Assembly (NCBI GenBank): GCA_011109175.1 | Contig: RDEW01000005.1 | Coordinates: 186,001-250,000, forward strand | Direction: 5' to 3' | Length of the DNA: 64,000 bases | Source: Dicyema japonicum | Lineage: Eukaryota; Animalia; Dicyemida | Translations under genes and position numbers: made by a program | The notes under the pieces: generated by a model | Told to the model about the DNA's origin: nothing | What the model saw: the letters and a program-made list of their open reading frames with translations, nothing else | Database searches by the model: none | Shown: positions 36,730 to 48,241 of the stretch, piece by piece | Layout: the number at the start of each line of letters is the position of its first letter | Numbering within the stretch: position 1 is the first letter of the stretch

Positions 36730-37287
36730 AAATATTTTAAGCATTTCACGAGAGCCATACTAATTATAGCATGTGCAGCAAAAGAAACAAGGTTAGATGT
36801 CATCCTTTTCCATGCTCCCCTGTTCCTACCAAAGGCTCTCATGTTGTCCAGGTCGTCGGCATTTTTAGATTTCTTTTGATATTGACCAGGTCTTTTTGTA
36901 AGACTATTGGCAGTGTTGTTCTAGGTCTTCCACGATTGCTGATTTCTTGACTAACATAGTATGTTTCAATAGATATGTTCGATGTGGATGTTAATTCCAT
37001 CCTCAGCACGTGTCCGAAGAGCTTCAATCGGGATTCTAGTACTTTTTAGCTGATAGGTCTAGTAATGCATCTCTTATATAAAGCATTTCTTGATATTCTC
37101 GTAGGCCATGTAGTTCCTGTTATTTTTATCAGCTGACCTCTGTGGAAAGAGTCTAGTTTTTCCATATCCGCTGATGAGGTCGCCCAAGTTCCAGCGTTAT
37201 ATAAAAGTACGGGTTTTATGAATGAGTCATATAATAGGATTCTCACTTTTTGATTGAGCCATAGATTCTTCAGTTTTATATAACGCA
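36730..37287 (-). mobile_element. RTE 3' end (copy 2), retaining the terminal tail
   Basis: RTE C-terminal ORF pieces 36839-37246. Ends gctataattagtatggctctcgtgaaatgc on the minus strand. Confidence 0.8.
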
Positions 37288-37909
37288 GGTCTGGATGGGT
37301 AAATACCCAATGAAGTCTTTGTGAGACCTCGCATTTCTTGGGAAGAAAGATGGAGATAAATGGAATTAAAAGACCAAATCTAACTTTTTGAATTCCTTTC
37401 TTCGTATAACGTCAGAATCATCCTGTATCGTGATTTTGAAGACTTTTTCGCTTCCCGGCCACGTATCTTGAAAATCATTTTCTGCTCGCAATAAGCGATC
37501 AAATAAGGTTCAACAGGGTTTGTGCGATCCAATGATCCCTGATGTTTCAACGACGACTAATTTAAAAATGAACTGCCTGCCGAGACTGTAGTACTTTTTA
37601 CGGGTCTCGGCATTTTCAGAGGCTGATCATGGATGAGCTTACAACACGACACTAAGCGATTGCATTTGAAAACTGAAGACAACCTGGCTCCATTTATAAA
37701 CCTCACAAAAAAGTCAAGTAAGCTGCCAGGTATTGTTTACGATCTTCTAATTGCCCAAGACCTTTTCGTGGCTATAACCAAGAAACCAGTAATCGGGTTT
37801 GAATTTTGAGTTTTTTCATCAAAGATAACATCACAGAAACAAAACTGGTAGACCTCTCATTAGATTCATTTGGATCTTTGCAATTTTGATGAGTTCTAGG
37901 TATTAGAGC

Positions 37910-39960
37910 CATCAAACGATACAAAACAAATGTGAACGAAGCACAAAGTTACCCCGGTTTCATAACGGTTCTAACGACTTTTTCTCCTTGTGATAAGCGA
38001 TCCAATGTGGTTCTGCAGAATCAGTGATCTGCTTCATATGAGTCCTGATGTTTCTCGGCGACTGACTCAAAGATGAACTGTCCACTGAGATGTTCATATT
38101 TACTCTTCTTTAGCGTCTCGACCTTTTCCGGGTTAATTTCAGTCATAGGAAAATTGGAGGGAGAGGCTATCCACATAGGTGGGGTCCCAGGCAAGGTAGT
38201 TGTTCCGCCGACTCCAATTAGATAGGAAATCCGGACACCTCAAGTCCCCAAGCAAATCCTCCGTTGATTGCGGTGTGTCTTGGACTCCTTCCAGCACTCC
38301 TCCGACATGAAAGAGCGTGAAAACCTTTCGCGTCGACCATTCCTCCACATCTACAGTGATGTATCATGCAAAAATCCATTCCGAGGAGGAAAGAAACCCA
38401 ATCCTAGTCACGTCGTCATTCAATAGTGTCCCAAGTGAGTTGCATGTAATGCTCTGAGCCAGGCACCACTTACGATATGGATGCAAAAACCAGGCAAGCC
38501 AGACGATGCTGGTCAAGCTCAGGATCTTCGAGCATAAAAGATTATCCCATTCACGTTGGTTAGTAGCGTTCTTCGGGAATCTCACACTCTGTGCCTCCAG
38601 ACTTACCAAACCATGCATACCACTGTTCAGAGTCTGATCCATTAATGTAGCATGGGATCTGTCGTGTGAGACCACTGGAAGCATATGTCGAAGATAGAAA
38701 TTCCGGACGGACGAATTCTAGTAGTGAGCGTATTCCGATTCCTTTATAAGTTCAGTGGGGGTACTGATTGCTGATGCTGCACAATCAATGCACAAGGAAA
38801 AAAGTAGGGAACCAAGGGGGTCTCCTTGTTGGACTTCAGTCTCGGATTCGATGATGTTGTCCGATGATCTGAGTGCATGGAGAACCATATGAGAGTTTCA
38901 CCATTCTGCTAATTTCCGGGATCCTGGAAATGCTAGCTTCTATGATTATATTTCTGCGAATGTCCAGTTTGAATATTATAGCATTCGTGGTGTCTGGCAG
39001 ACTAAAACCAAAGTTCCGGATTGAGTTGATTACTGCCTCGTAGCCATGATGAATTCCAACCCCAAGTTGAGTAGGGTTCAGTTGGGGCTTAGAGTCTTGC
39101 TCGCTGCTCTGGCAGCAATTTTCGCCTTCAGGCGCTTGAATACGTTGCTTTGGTCCACCAAAAGGTTTTCTAAAGACGATCAGTTTGGATGCAAAAAGGA
39201 GTTCTCTGGCAAAGTCGGAATTATCAGCCCGAAGAATGCGTTCTGTAAGGGTCTTTATCCAATTAATGAAAAAGTTCCCCATATCAGCGGTTGTGGCAGG
39301 AGTAAAGTCTTTCATATGGCTCGGACGTAGGCCATTCAAGCCAGCACTGCAGTTTCCTGTGGAGGATGAAATAGCAGATCTTACATCACTTGTGGTGGTT
39401 ACCAAATGTGGAATGTCATTCCTAATTTTAGTTTCGTGTAGATGCGACGGGGCGGATGGGTGTTTTTAGACGGTAAGCTCGGGTTTTCGTTAGTTGGTAA
39501 AAGAACCTTGTCGTTGCTGGAGAGCGAGCCCAGTGTTTCCCGAATGTCCCCAACTATGATATTCTTATTACTTTTTGTGTAGATCCCATTTGTCTTTCTT
39601 GATCATACACACCGACCTTGGGATCCTGAGTGAAACAAGCTGGTTCAAACAACGTAGGCATTCATCCGTGTAGAGAGTCCAGGACAAGCCCAGAGGAGGG
39701 ATCCTTCAGCCCACTGTGATTCCCAAGACATGAGGGCATGACCACTTTAGCAGAAGTACTTCTTGTTAGCTTCTAGTACCCAACGTGTCCAAAATTTGGG
39801 AAATAGGAACATTTTATACCGAATTTCCTCTTATTTGCTATGGAACAGATAAGACAGAGAAAAACATGTGGCAAGTAAAGTTTATTACGTCCACTTTCAG
39901 TTCATTGTCGTTCTTTCTGGAAGTGAAGTTCACCATTTTAATCGAGACTCAAAAAGCGTA
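37910..39960 (-). mobile_element. CRE-clade PHD-RT-REL ORF, copy 2 (no bHLH insertion)
   Basis: ORF-track 38836-39405 carries GLRPSHMKD, QLGVG and KLDI. Collinear with 20500-21050 plus 22004-23560. Confidence 0.85.
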
Positions 39961-40209
39961 TCACTAGAACAACATTAGTTAATTGGTGGTTGAAGTGGTG
40001 ACGCACTTCTATTGACCAGAATGCCTATTCGGCTTTTGGTGGATAAAAGAATTTATTTTTATGAGCATGGATAAAGGAATGTGGTCAGGATACAGTAGAT
40101 TTTATGAACAAGGGAAGCGGGTCCATGGTTTAAATTCCACAGCAAACGAATGATTCTTAAAGTAAAAACCATTCAGGAAAAAATAGAAAAGAAAAAAAGT
40201 AAAGATAAA

Positions 40210-40797
40210 TTATTTCGATTTATGGCCAGTCTTCTTATCGACAAACACATACTCATCCATTTCACCATCGACTGGCATGACAAAAAAGTCGTTATTATCA
40301 GTGAAATGGGAGTCTGAAGATTCCTCAGGATGTTTTGGGTCATTTTTTTGAGAAAATCCAGTGTAGGGACCTAAATTATCGAAGGAGGTTAGTAATAGCT
40401 CATTCATTGTGACAACACAAAAATCTAATACTTCATCGTCGAATTTTGGTATTTCTCTATTGGCTAGCATTTTTTCTATAATAATACCACGTGACCAACC
40501 TTGATGCATAAGAAACTCAAGTTTTGCTAGATATTCTGCGTTGTATTCTTTCAGTTTCTGAGAAGATGTACGCAGATAATTGATGTATTTGATAGAATTG
40601 CCCAGTATCAGTCTACGTGAAGGCTTGATGTGAGATATTTCGGAAACCTTATTTTTGTCGGTGGGAAGTAGTTTAAACATTTTTTTGAAACTGGCTGACA
40701 AGATTTGTGAATTCTTTCTTTGCCTTGAGTTTTTGACTTCATTAGCTGTCAAGAATTTATCTTCAGAATTGCTATCGTCCTGGTTTGGGTTTATCAT
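40210..40797 (-). CDS. Intronless Max/Myc-like bHLH-Zip protein, subtype A (195 aa, intact)
   Basis: Differs from the 23821 copy at 3 residues (D/E, Q/H, S/T). Confidence 0.8.
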   Translation of the reverse strand: MINPNQDDSNSEDKFLTANEVKNSRQRKNSQILSASFKKMFKLLPTDKNKVSEISHIKPSRRLILGNSIKYINYLRTSSQKLKEYNAEYLAKLEFLMHQGWSRGIIIEKMLANREIPKFDDEVLDFCVVTMNELLLTSFDNLGPYTGFSQKNDPKHPEESSDSHFTDNNDFFVMPVDGEMDEYVFVDKKTGHKSK

Positions 40798-42325
40798 TAA
40801 GCTCTAAATTACATCAAATAATATAATGATGCAACCGGTTCACCAATTATACTATTTTTATCAAATTAATTAAATCCTTTATATTTACTAACAAATACAA
40901 AATATTTACAACAAAGTAATGTTTTCTTTATTTACTTATTTATTAACACCAAGCTTAGGTGTAACACAATCTTTGGTGTAAGGCTAAAATTAAAAAAAAT
41001 GGCATTATATGACATCTCAATTTCGAAAAATGGCATTTATGGCATCTAAAAATGAATTACCTTTTTCCATCCAACATTGTCGGGAGCGCGGTAGACACAC
41101 TGTATGCCATAAAAAACAATGAGGGCAAAGGTGAAAAAAATAAGAAGCGCTACGCGATCAATTCACGTTCTACCTCATTGTTGTTGAGACAACTGGAGGA
41201 ATAAATGGAAGTAACTAAAGAAACTTGGAAGCCTAGCTACACTAAAAGCCACGACGCACGTAATACTCGGTGGCTTCTCCGATTGACCTCTGTTGCGATC
41301 CCGAGAGGCAACTGAAATCGATTATGTTGACGGGACAACATTTGATTGATTTATTTTTGTGTGTTATTGATTACAAATTATAAAACTATTATGTAATTTT
41401 TAAATTATATTTATGAAAATTTTTCTCTTTCTCGAGATTTTTGAGCGTTTCGTGTAATTTTGTAAGTCAATAGTGCAAGTTATAGTATAATTAGATAAAC
41501 CTTGATAGAGAAAATTATTTTATTTTTAACTACAAAAACATTGAACTAGTTCTTTTCATTCGGAATTGAAAACCAACTATATAAGCCAACTCCATTTTTT
41601 AGGCGATACGATGCGGATCAACGTGGTCAGTGATCTGCTTCCATGATAAACAAACATATTCTTCAATATGCTCGGCACCAGTACGAAAAAGTTTATCAGG
41701 CTGATAGCGCAGCTTGCAGGACTGCAGAAGATAGATCCTAGAATAACACGAAACTTTTATGTGCTTCCGATAATTAAAAAGAATTAGACTCAGAAATTCA
41801 GGAGCCACAATTAACAATAAAATTTCAAAAATATATTTTTTACCTCTTCTAACTCGGAAATCACTCCCACGTGCTCCTAAGCATGATTTGACGGCAGAAA
41901 AACAAGTTACGTTTCATTTTATTTAATGATTCGATCTTTTATAAGTCGGGGAAATAGAATTATGCTGTTGGGATACACTAAGCATTAATAATTTTAGAAG
42001 ATAAAGACATTTTTCGCAATAAAAGTACATCACTGCTCAATCTTTGCAGTACTGAATCTGCCACTGCAGAGCTCCGCCAAGTATGGCCAACCATTCCAGG
42101 CATTCGAGATAGCCTGCTACGTACCTGCAGGACTACCTGCCTCGCCCATCTGCCACAACGCTTTCGGATATGGCAAGAATTACATTCATACCATCAGGTA
42201 ACGCAAGTGACCCTTCTTCTTTTTTCCTTTCAACGTTTTTGCCAACTCGAGAGAGTTTTAACGGCACCGAATTTGAAAGCACGTTGCATGTTTTTTTGTT
42301 TGTTAAATAAAGTGGGCTTGTTGTA

Positions 42326-42789
42326 ATGAGTAATCTTTTTGACGAGGATGAGTATTCATTGACTTAAAATTATTAGTTTTGATGACGAGGATAACGATTT
42401 GATCGAAGATGACATGGAAATTGAAAAGACCATTGACATCGATGCTACCCAGGACGTCGAACTACTAGAAGATAACAAAGACAGGGCAGTCCCTAGTATG
42501 CAGAGAACCACTACGCCATTCATGACAAAATATGAGCGTGCTTGTATTATTGGGACACATGCACAACAAATAGCGTACTTAATCATCATTGTAACTTAAA
42601 ATGTGTGCCCCAATCCTGAGTGAAATTGGATCTGAGATCGACCCGATTAAGATTGCCATTAAAGAGCTCAAGTAATATTACTGCCTTTAATAAAGGGAAA
42701 AGAAGATCTCTTTGATTGTAAGAAGATATTTACCAGACGGCAGTTATGAGGATTGGCCATGTGACCAGTTGATTGTCACTGACATTTAA
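42326..42789 (+). pseudogene. POLR2F: RPB6 copy 2: open frame but substitutions at conserved residues
   Basis: KYERACIIGTHAQQI versus the usual KYERARxxGTRAxQI; KKISL versus KKIPL. Same three tiny introns. Confidence 0.75.
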
Positions 42790-44204
42790 TGTTTTTTTAA
42801 TCATAAATTTTGTATGATTATCTTTATGTGTAACTTACATGACTTGGTGGTGTCCTTGGTACTTCTGGTTGTGGAGGTGGAGTCCCACCGTCTCAATTAT
42901 TCCTATTTATTAGCTGTCTTTTAATGACCCCGGATATACCCGAGATTAGTTTATTTAGTTCCCCAATCTGAGTGGGATGAATTCTTTCCCAGAATCAAAT
43001 CCTTTTCAGGTATCCATCATTATTGGGACTCCTCTACTGGTGTAAGGAAGAAGGGGATTATTGAATGTCGTCCATGCACTGGGGTTCTTCTGAGTTAGTG
43101 GATCCTATGACTCTTCTAGGAATAGAAGGTAAAGAACATAATATCCTTTGACCAAGTATGTAGCAGTGTGGGAATCGAAAACAGTTAAATGCGATCGACA
43201 GAATAGCCACTACGTGGTCTTTCAAGTTGTTTCTTCTGATAATTTTTCAGAAATAGTAGTTACCGAAGAGAAATTCCATAAGATTGATTAACCAGTCTGA
43301 GAATATTGAGGCATTTGGACCAAACATCCTGAATTGTGTCTCTATTTACAATTTTATAAGCTCCAGCTTTGGTAGATGCGGGCTTTCGCTTCCCAACTGG
43401 TCACTATCCAACGCGAAACTTAAGAAAGCTCAGGATCCCGGGGTTCTAAATAAATAATAGGACTCAGTAAACTCAATATTAAAATTCTGGATACCAATTT
43501 TATTTAAACTAAAAAACTAACAGTTAGCAAGTGCTGGCTGCTCTCATAATTGAAAACGCATTTCTCCTGACGATTTGCAAAGAAATGCGCTCAATGAGCC
43601 AGCTCCTTTCTCTCCTATCGTTTTTCTTTTTCGCGATGAACGAGCCGATCCTGCTTAGCAGGGTCAGTGACCTGCTTCCAATGATTCCTGTCGTTTCGAC
43701 TGCTACTGGTTCGAAGGTGAATTGTCCTCCAAGACATGCGTATTTTTTATCTTTATGGTCTCATCCTTCTCCGAAGCAGAGCCTGGGTCAGTTGCTGTAG
43801 TTGAAAGGTTGGATGAGAAAGGTTATCGACACAGGTGGCGTCCTAGGCAAGATATTTACCACTCTCCCATGGGAAAAGAGTGGTACCGTCCGGGTTGGCT
43901 TGAGCGAGTCCAAACGGCTCCAATTGGACAGGAAATCCGCAGTCTCAAGTCCCCACCAATAACTCCATTGATTCTGGATACCTGAAGTGGTAACCTACGA
44001 TTATTGACCTGAATAGCTAGTCAGCTTTTGGTGGATAAAAGCCCTAATTCTTTGTGAGCATGGATGAGGTGAGTAGTCAGGATACATTAGATTTTATGAA
44101 CAAGGGAAGCGTCGGATGCACGTATGTTTAAATTCCACCATCAAAAGAATGATTCTTAAAGTAAAAAAGGCCATTCAGAGAAAAAATAGAAAAGTAAAGA
44201 TAAA

Positions 44205-44791
44205 TTATTTCGATTTATGTCCAGTCTTCTTATCGAAAAACACATACTCATCCTTATCACCATCGATTGACCTGACAAACAAGTTGTCATTATCACTGGT
44301 ATGGGAGTCAGAAGATTCCTCAGCATGTGTTGGGTCATTTTCAGAAAATCCAGTGTAGGGATCAAATTTATCTAATGAGATTTTCGACAGATCATTCATT
44401 ATGTAAACACAGAGATCTAATACATTTTGTCGAATTCGGATATTTCTCTATTGGCTAGCATTTTTTCTATAATAATAATACCACGTGACCAACCTTGATG
44501 CATAAGAAACTCAAGTTTTGGTTGATAGTCTGCATAGTATTCTTTCAGTTTCTGAGAACTTGTACGCAGGTAATTAATGTAATCGATAGATTTGAGTATT
44601 ATCCGATCACGTGGAAGCTTGATTTGAGATATTTCGGAAACCTTATTTTTGTCGGTGGGAAGTATTTCAAACAGTTTTTTGAAACTGGCTGACATGAGTA
44701 CTGTTCGCTTTTTTTGCATTAAATTTCTGACATTACGAACTCTCAATAATTTATCTTTAGAATTGCTATCTTCCTGGTTTGGGTTTTCCAT
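44205..44791 (-). CDS. bHLH-Zip subtype B, full length with one frameshift near 44430
   Basis: MENPNQEDSN...LMSASFKKLFEILP...KLPRDRIILKSIDYINYLRTSSQKLKEY. A T is missing relative to 27957-27965. Confidence 0.75.
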
Positions 44792-45539
44792 TAAGCTCTA
44801 AATTACACAAAAATTATGCAACCGGTTTACAAATTTTATTATTTTTATCAAATTAATTAAATCTTTTATTTTTACTAACAAATACAAAATATTTACAATA
44901 AAAGTTATAAATTTACAACAAAGTATTATTTATGAAAGGTGATTAAAATGGTCAAGAAAAGTCGGATTGTCCTTACATTTTTCACTCAACAATCTTAAGC
45001 TGGAATCCTTCACAACATATTGACCACGTGACACGCGCTAATTTCATTTGGGTAGGAAAAAGTATGTACAATGAAGGGAACTAAAATCACCTAAGGCAGT
45101 CATGTTGCAAGAGAATAGTACGTGACGAACCGCCTCAGGTAAGTTTCCCGACTGTATGTGATTTATGAAAGAAGTGACACCGATGGTCAGCTTTACGGAT
45201 CTCTAGCAGACAGAGAAGTCGAGTCTATTAGATTGCAGTAGATTTGCATGTTTTCACATGAGACGTTTCTTACACAAAACATGTTTGTCTGAGCTGTCTG
45301 AATATGGTTATGTGTTTGTCTCATTTGCTGCTGAGACATCAAGAATCCGTCAGATCGGCTCAATTATTCAAAGGATTACCAAGGATACACGTAAGAATGA
45401 TGGCTTTGAGAGCATTCTAGATAACTTTTGTCAAAAGAAAAAGACCGGCGATTCAAGCTCCATATATTAATTTAATAAACTAATCAAAGTCATTTAAGAA
45501 TAAGATAAAAAAACTGTTATTATTTTCAAAATAAAAAAG

Positions 45540-46420
45540 AACTTCTTACGGTCGTATGCCTTGGTATATCTAAGGCTTTTGATAGTGTTTGACATGTAGG
45601 TCTTTACAGACACTACAGAAGTTTAATACTAAGAGTATGGCTTCTATGATTAAGAGAATTTCTTTCTGGAAGAAAGTCGTTTATATGCATGGAAATCAAA
45701 TTTTAAAGATATTTTATTAAGAAGAGGGGTTTCAGGGATCTGTCCTTAGTCCACTTATTCAGAATTGTGTTACGAGTGAATTATTATTATTATTTTTGAA
45801 AAGCGCAACTAAAAAATAGTTATCTCCTTGTCGCTTTTGTATCACCATTGAAAATCAATATTAGATTTTTTCACACTCTACTTGAGAAGGCGATTTTTCA
45901 AAGGACATCTAGATCGTTTTTTGGTTGAGGTGATGACGTTTCCTTAGAACTTAGTGCTGGTAATGTCTAAAAAACTCTATGGAAGAAAAAAATTTAAACT
46001 TAAAATCGAATTTTATGCAGATGATATATTGACTTTAGATCTGATTAAAAGCAAATTTTTATCTTGGAAAAGATTTTCGGCGAATATTTAAAAAAATAGA
46101 AAAATGGTGCCGGTATAGATTTTTATCTTTATCTATGGAAAATGTGCGGTTTCTTGGATTGGGAAGAATAAGAGAATTAATGACTGTTAATACGGGACAA
46201 ATCAAGATCCTGGATTGTCTGAAGTACCTCGGAGCATGTGTTGATCAGACGGGATTTTCTTTATGGATATTTAACGACTATTGTATTCTTGATTTATGGT
46301 TTTCAAGGATATCAAAGCAACGAGGAACCTGTTGAATTATTGGCTACATCTACAAGATATGCTATCAAATTGGCTAATCGAATTTATTTAAAATTGAAAA
46401 CGAAAATACAAAAAAAGAAG
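45540..46420 (+). mobile_element. Degenerate CR1/L2-like RT remnant
   Basis: ISKAFDSV (~45567), GV-QGSVLSPL (~45727), FYADD (~46013) and KYLG motifs, with many stops. Confidence 0.6.
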
Positions 46421-47343
46421 CATTAAGGAAATATTAAACCTCTTGGATATACTTAATTCATAAGGGATGTAATAGAGTGTCATCAGCGAAAAAAAGAAAT
46501 AAGGTGTCTCATCAATTGAACCTCTAGACGTACTTTAAACTCAAAATGTCCATCTTATTGTTAAGATATTTATTTGTTAACGCCGTGAGCCACAAAAAAA
46601 AGAATGAGGATTATTTCTAATTAAGTGAATTCTGGTATCCATGCCTTGCTCCCCCCTACGGTTTGCATTTGAATCGTGGATTAATTTTCATAAATGAGTT
46701 TTAGGAGAAGGTTCAAGATAAGATCGACTTTAGAACCAAGTTGAGAACCAAGAGGGTCTTTTTGGTTGGGATCGGAGAATTCTCATTTATGTGATTTTAC
46801 CGGTGAAACTTAGATTATTTATCGGGGAACAAAAACTCACCAGGTTTAATGTATCTTGCACAGTTCGTATAGCCGTTTGTTCTCTAGTTCTTTGCAACCA
46901 TAAAAAAGGATGGTGTTTGAGGCTCATTTATTTATCCTCGGTCCCTTCAAGTTGAGGAAACTGGTGGCTAACAGAAAAGTAACTATCAAAATCGGACGCT
47001 CATAAACAACCATCGGGTGTATTTGGTATGGCGCATAACTCGAACCAGGATCAGGATAAAAAAGAGGTACCCTGTATTGTGGTCGTCTAGAAGTCAGAAA
47101 AGGCATAGCAATGTAGCTGATCGCCAGATTTTATCCGCCTCTGATGCGGCGTTTGGAGGATCTGGAGTGAGAGAGTGGTCAAGGAATAGGTTAAACAGGT
47201 TAAACAATGTTAATAATTAACTCAGACCTGGCTACATTGGAGGCCGGCTGTTAAGTTAAGTTAGTTAAGATATATAAATACTAAAATAAATTAATTCCAC
47301 GTTTTAATTAATTAATTTTGAAAATTGAATTATTTTGTGTGTC

Positions 47344-48241
47344 ATGTCTCGTGGTTCTGCAGGGTTCGATAGATATATTACTATATTCTCTCCGCAAGGA
47401 AAACTTTATCAAGTGGGTAATAGTCCTTAAAACTAAACATTACAGAATATTCCTTCAAATCCATTTCGAATGCCGGCTGTACGACGATCGCTATGAAAGG
47501 AAAGGACTGTGCAGTGGTAGTGACGCAGAAAAAAGTCCCAGTTTGCCCTTAATTCTCTAATAATGAGGACAAATTAATCGATCCTGATAGCTGGACTAAC
47601 GTTTACCCAATAAACAACAGAGTCGGCTGTGTTATGACAGGAATGGCACGGTTGCTTGGTTCATTAGTATTTTTAGGGGACAGCATGCGAATGGCTTTTC
47701 GTGCTGGACATGAGGCCATCAATTTTCAAATACAAGTATGGGTACGACGTTACGCGGATATCCTCTGCGAAAGAATGGCCAACATCAATCAGGTGTACAC
47801 TCAGTCAGCAAGATGAGACCTCTTGCTTGCTGTATGTCTTATATTTGATTTCAGCAATGATTGTGATTGGTCTCGACGATCAGAATAATCCCCAGGTTTA
47901 TAAGACTGATCCTACTGGATTCTGTTGTGGCTACAATGCCACTGCCTCTGGGACCAAGATGGGGGAGGCCATCCAAGAATTGGAGAAGGTGATTGTAAAG
48001 GAAAGAATATGAACTCTTTGAAGTCCTCCATGTGAGATTGGTGAGTTAATCTCCTAGGTCGTATTGACCTCACTTATTAATGCTGTGGGGACAGCGTTGA
48101 CATGTGATCAGATGGAGATTGCTGTCATTACTAGGCAGGACCCCACTTTTAGGTAGACTTTTGTGTAATTGGTACAGATCCTGGGACTATGATAAAATTG
48201 ATGAAGCACTGACAGAGGCCATAGAAATTGGATATCTTTAA
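47344..48241 (+). CDS. PSMA6: Proteasome subunit alpha type-6 (spliced, several 1-nt frameshifts)
   Basis: [72 protein letters not shown]. Introns 47417-47445, 47541-47567, 47651-47676, 47832-47854, ~48032-48057 and 48153-48177. Confidence 0.92.

Larger units (their letters stand above)
28088..44538 (+). repeat. Copy 2 of the tandem segmental duplication (~16.5 kb; lacks several blocks present in copy 1)
   Basis: Same order of LINE fragments, orphan membrane gene, RTE, CRE, bHLH-A, RPB6 and bHLH-B as copy 1. Junction at 28087/28088. Confidence 0.9.

Noticed and set aside
47017-47220. NOP10-like ORF (RIRIKKRYPVL)
   Set aside because: Only a short basic patch resembles NOP10; the YTLK and HPARFSPDD motifs are absent.
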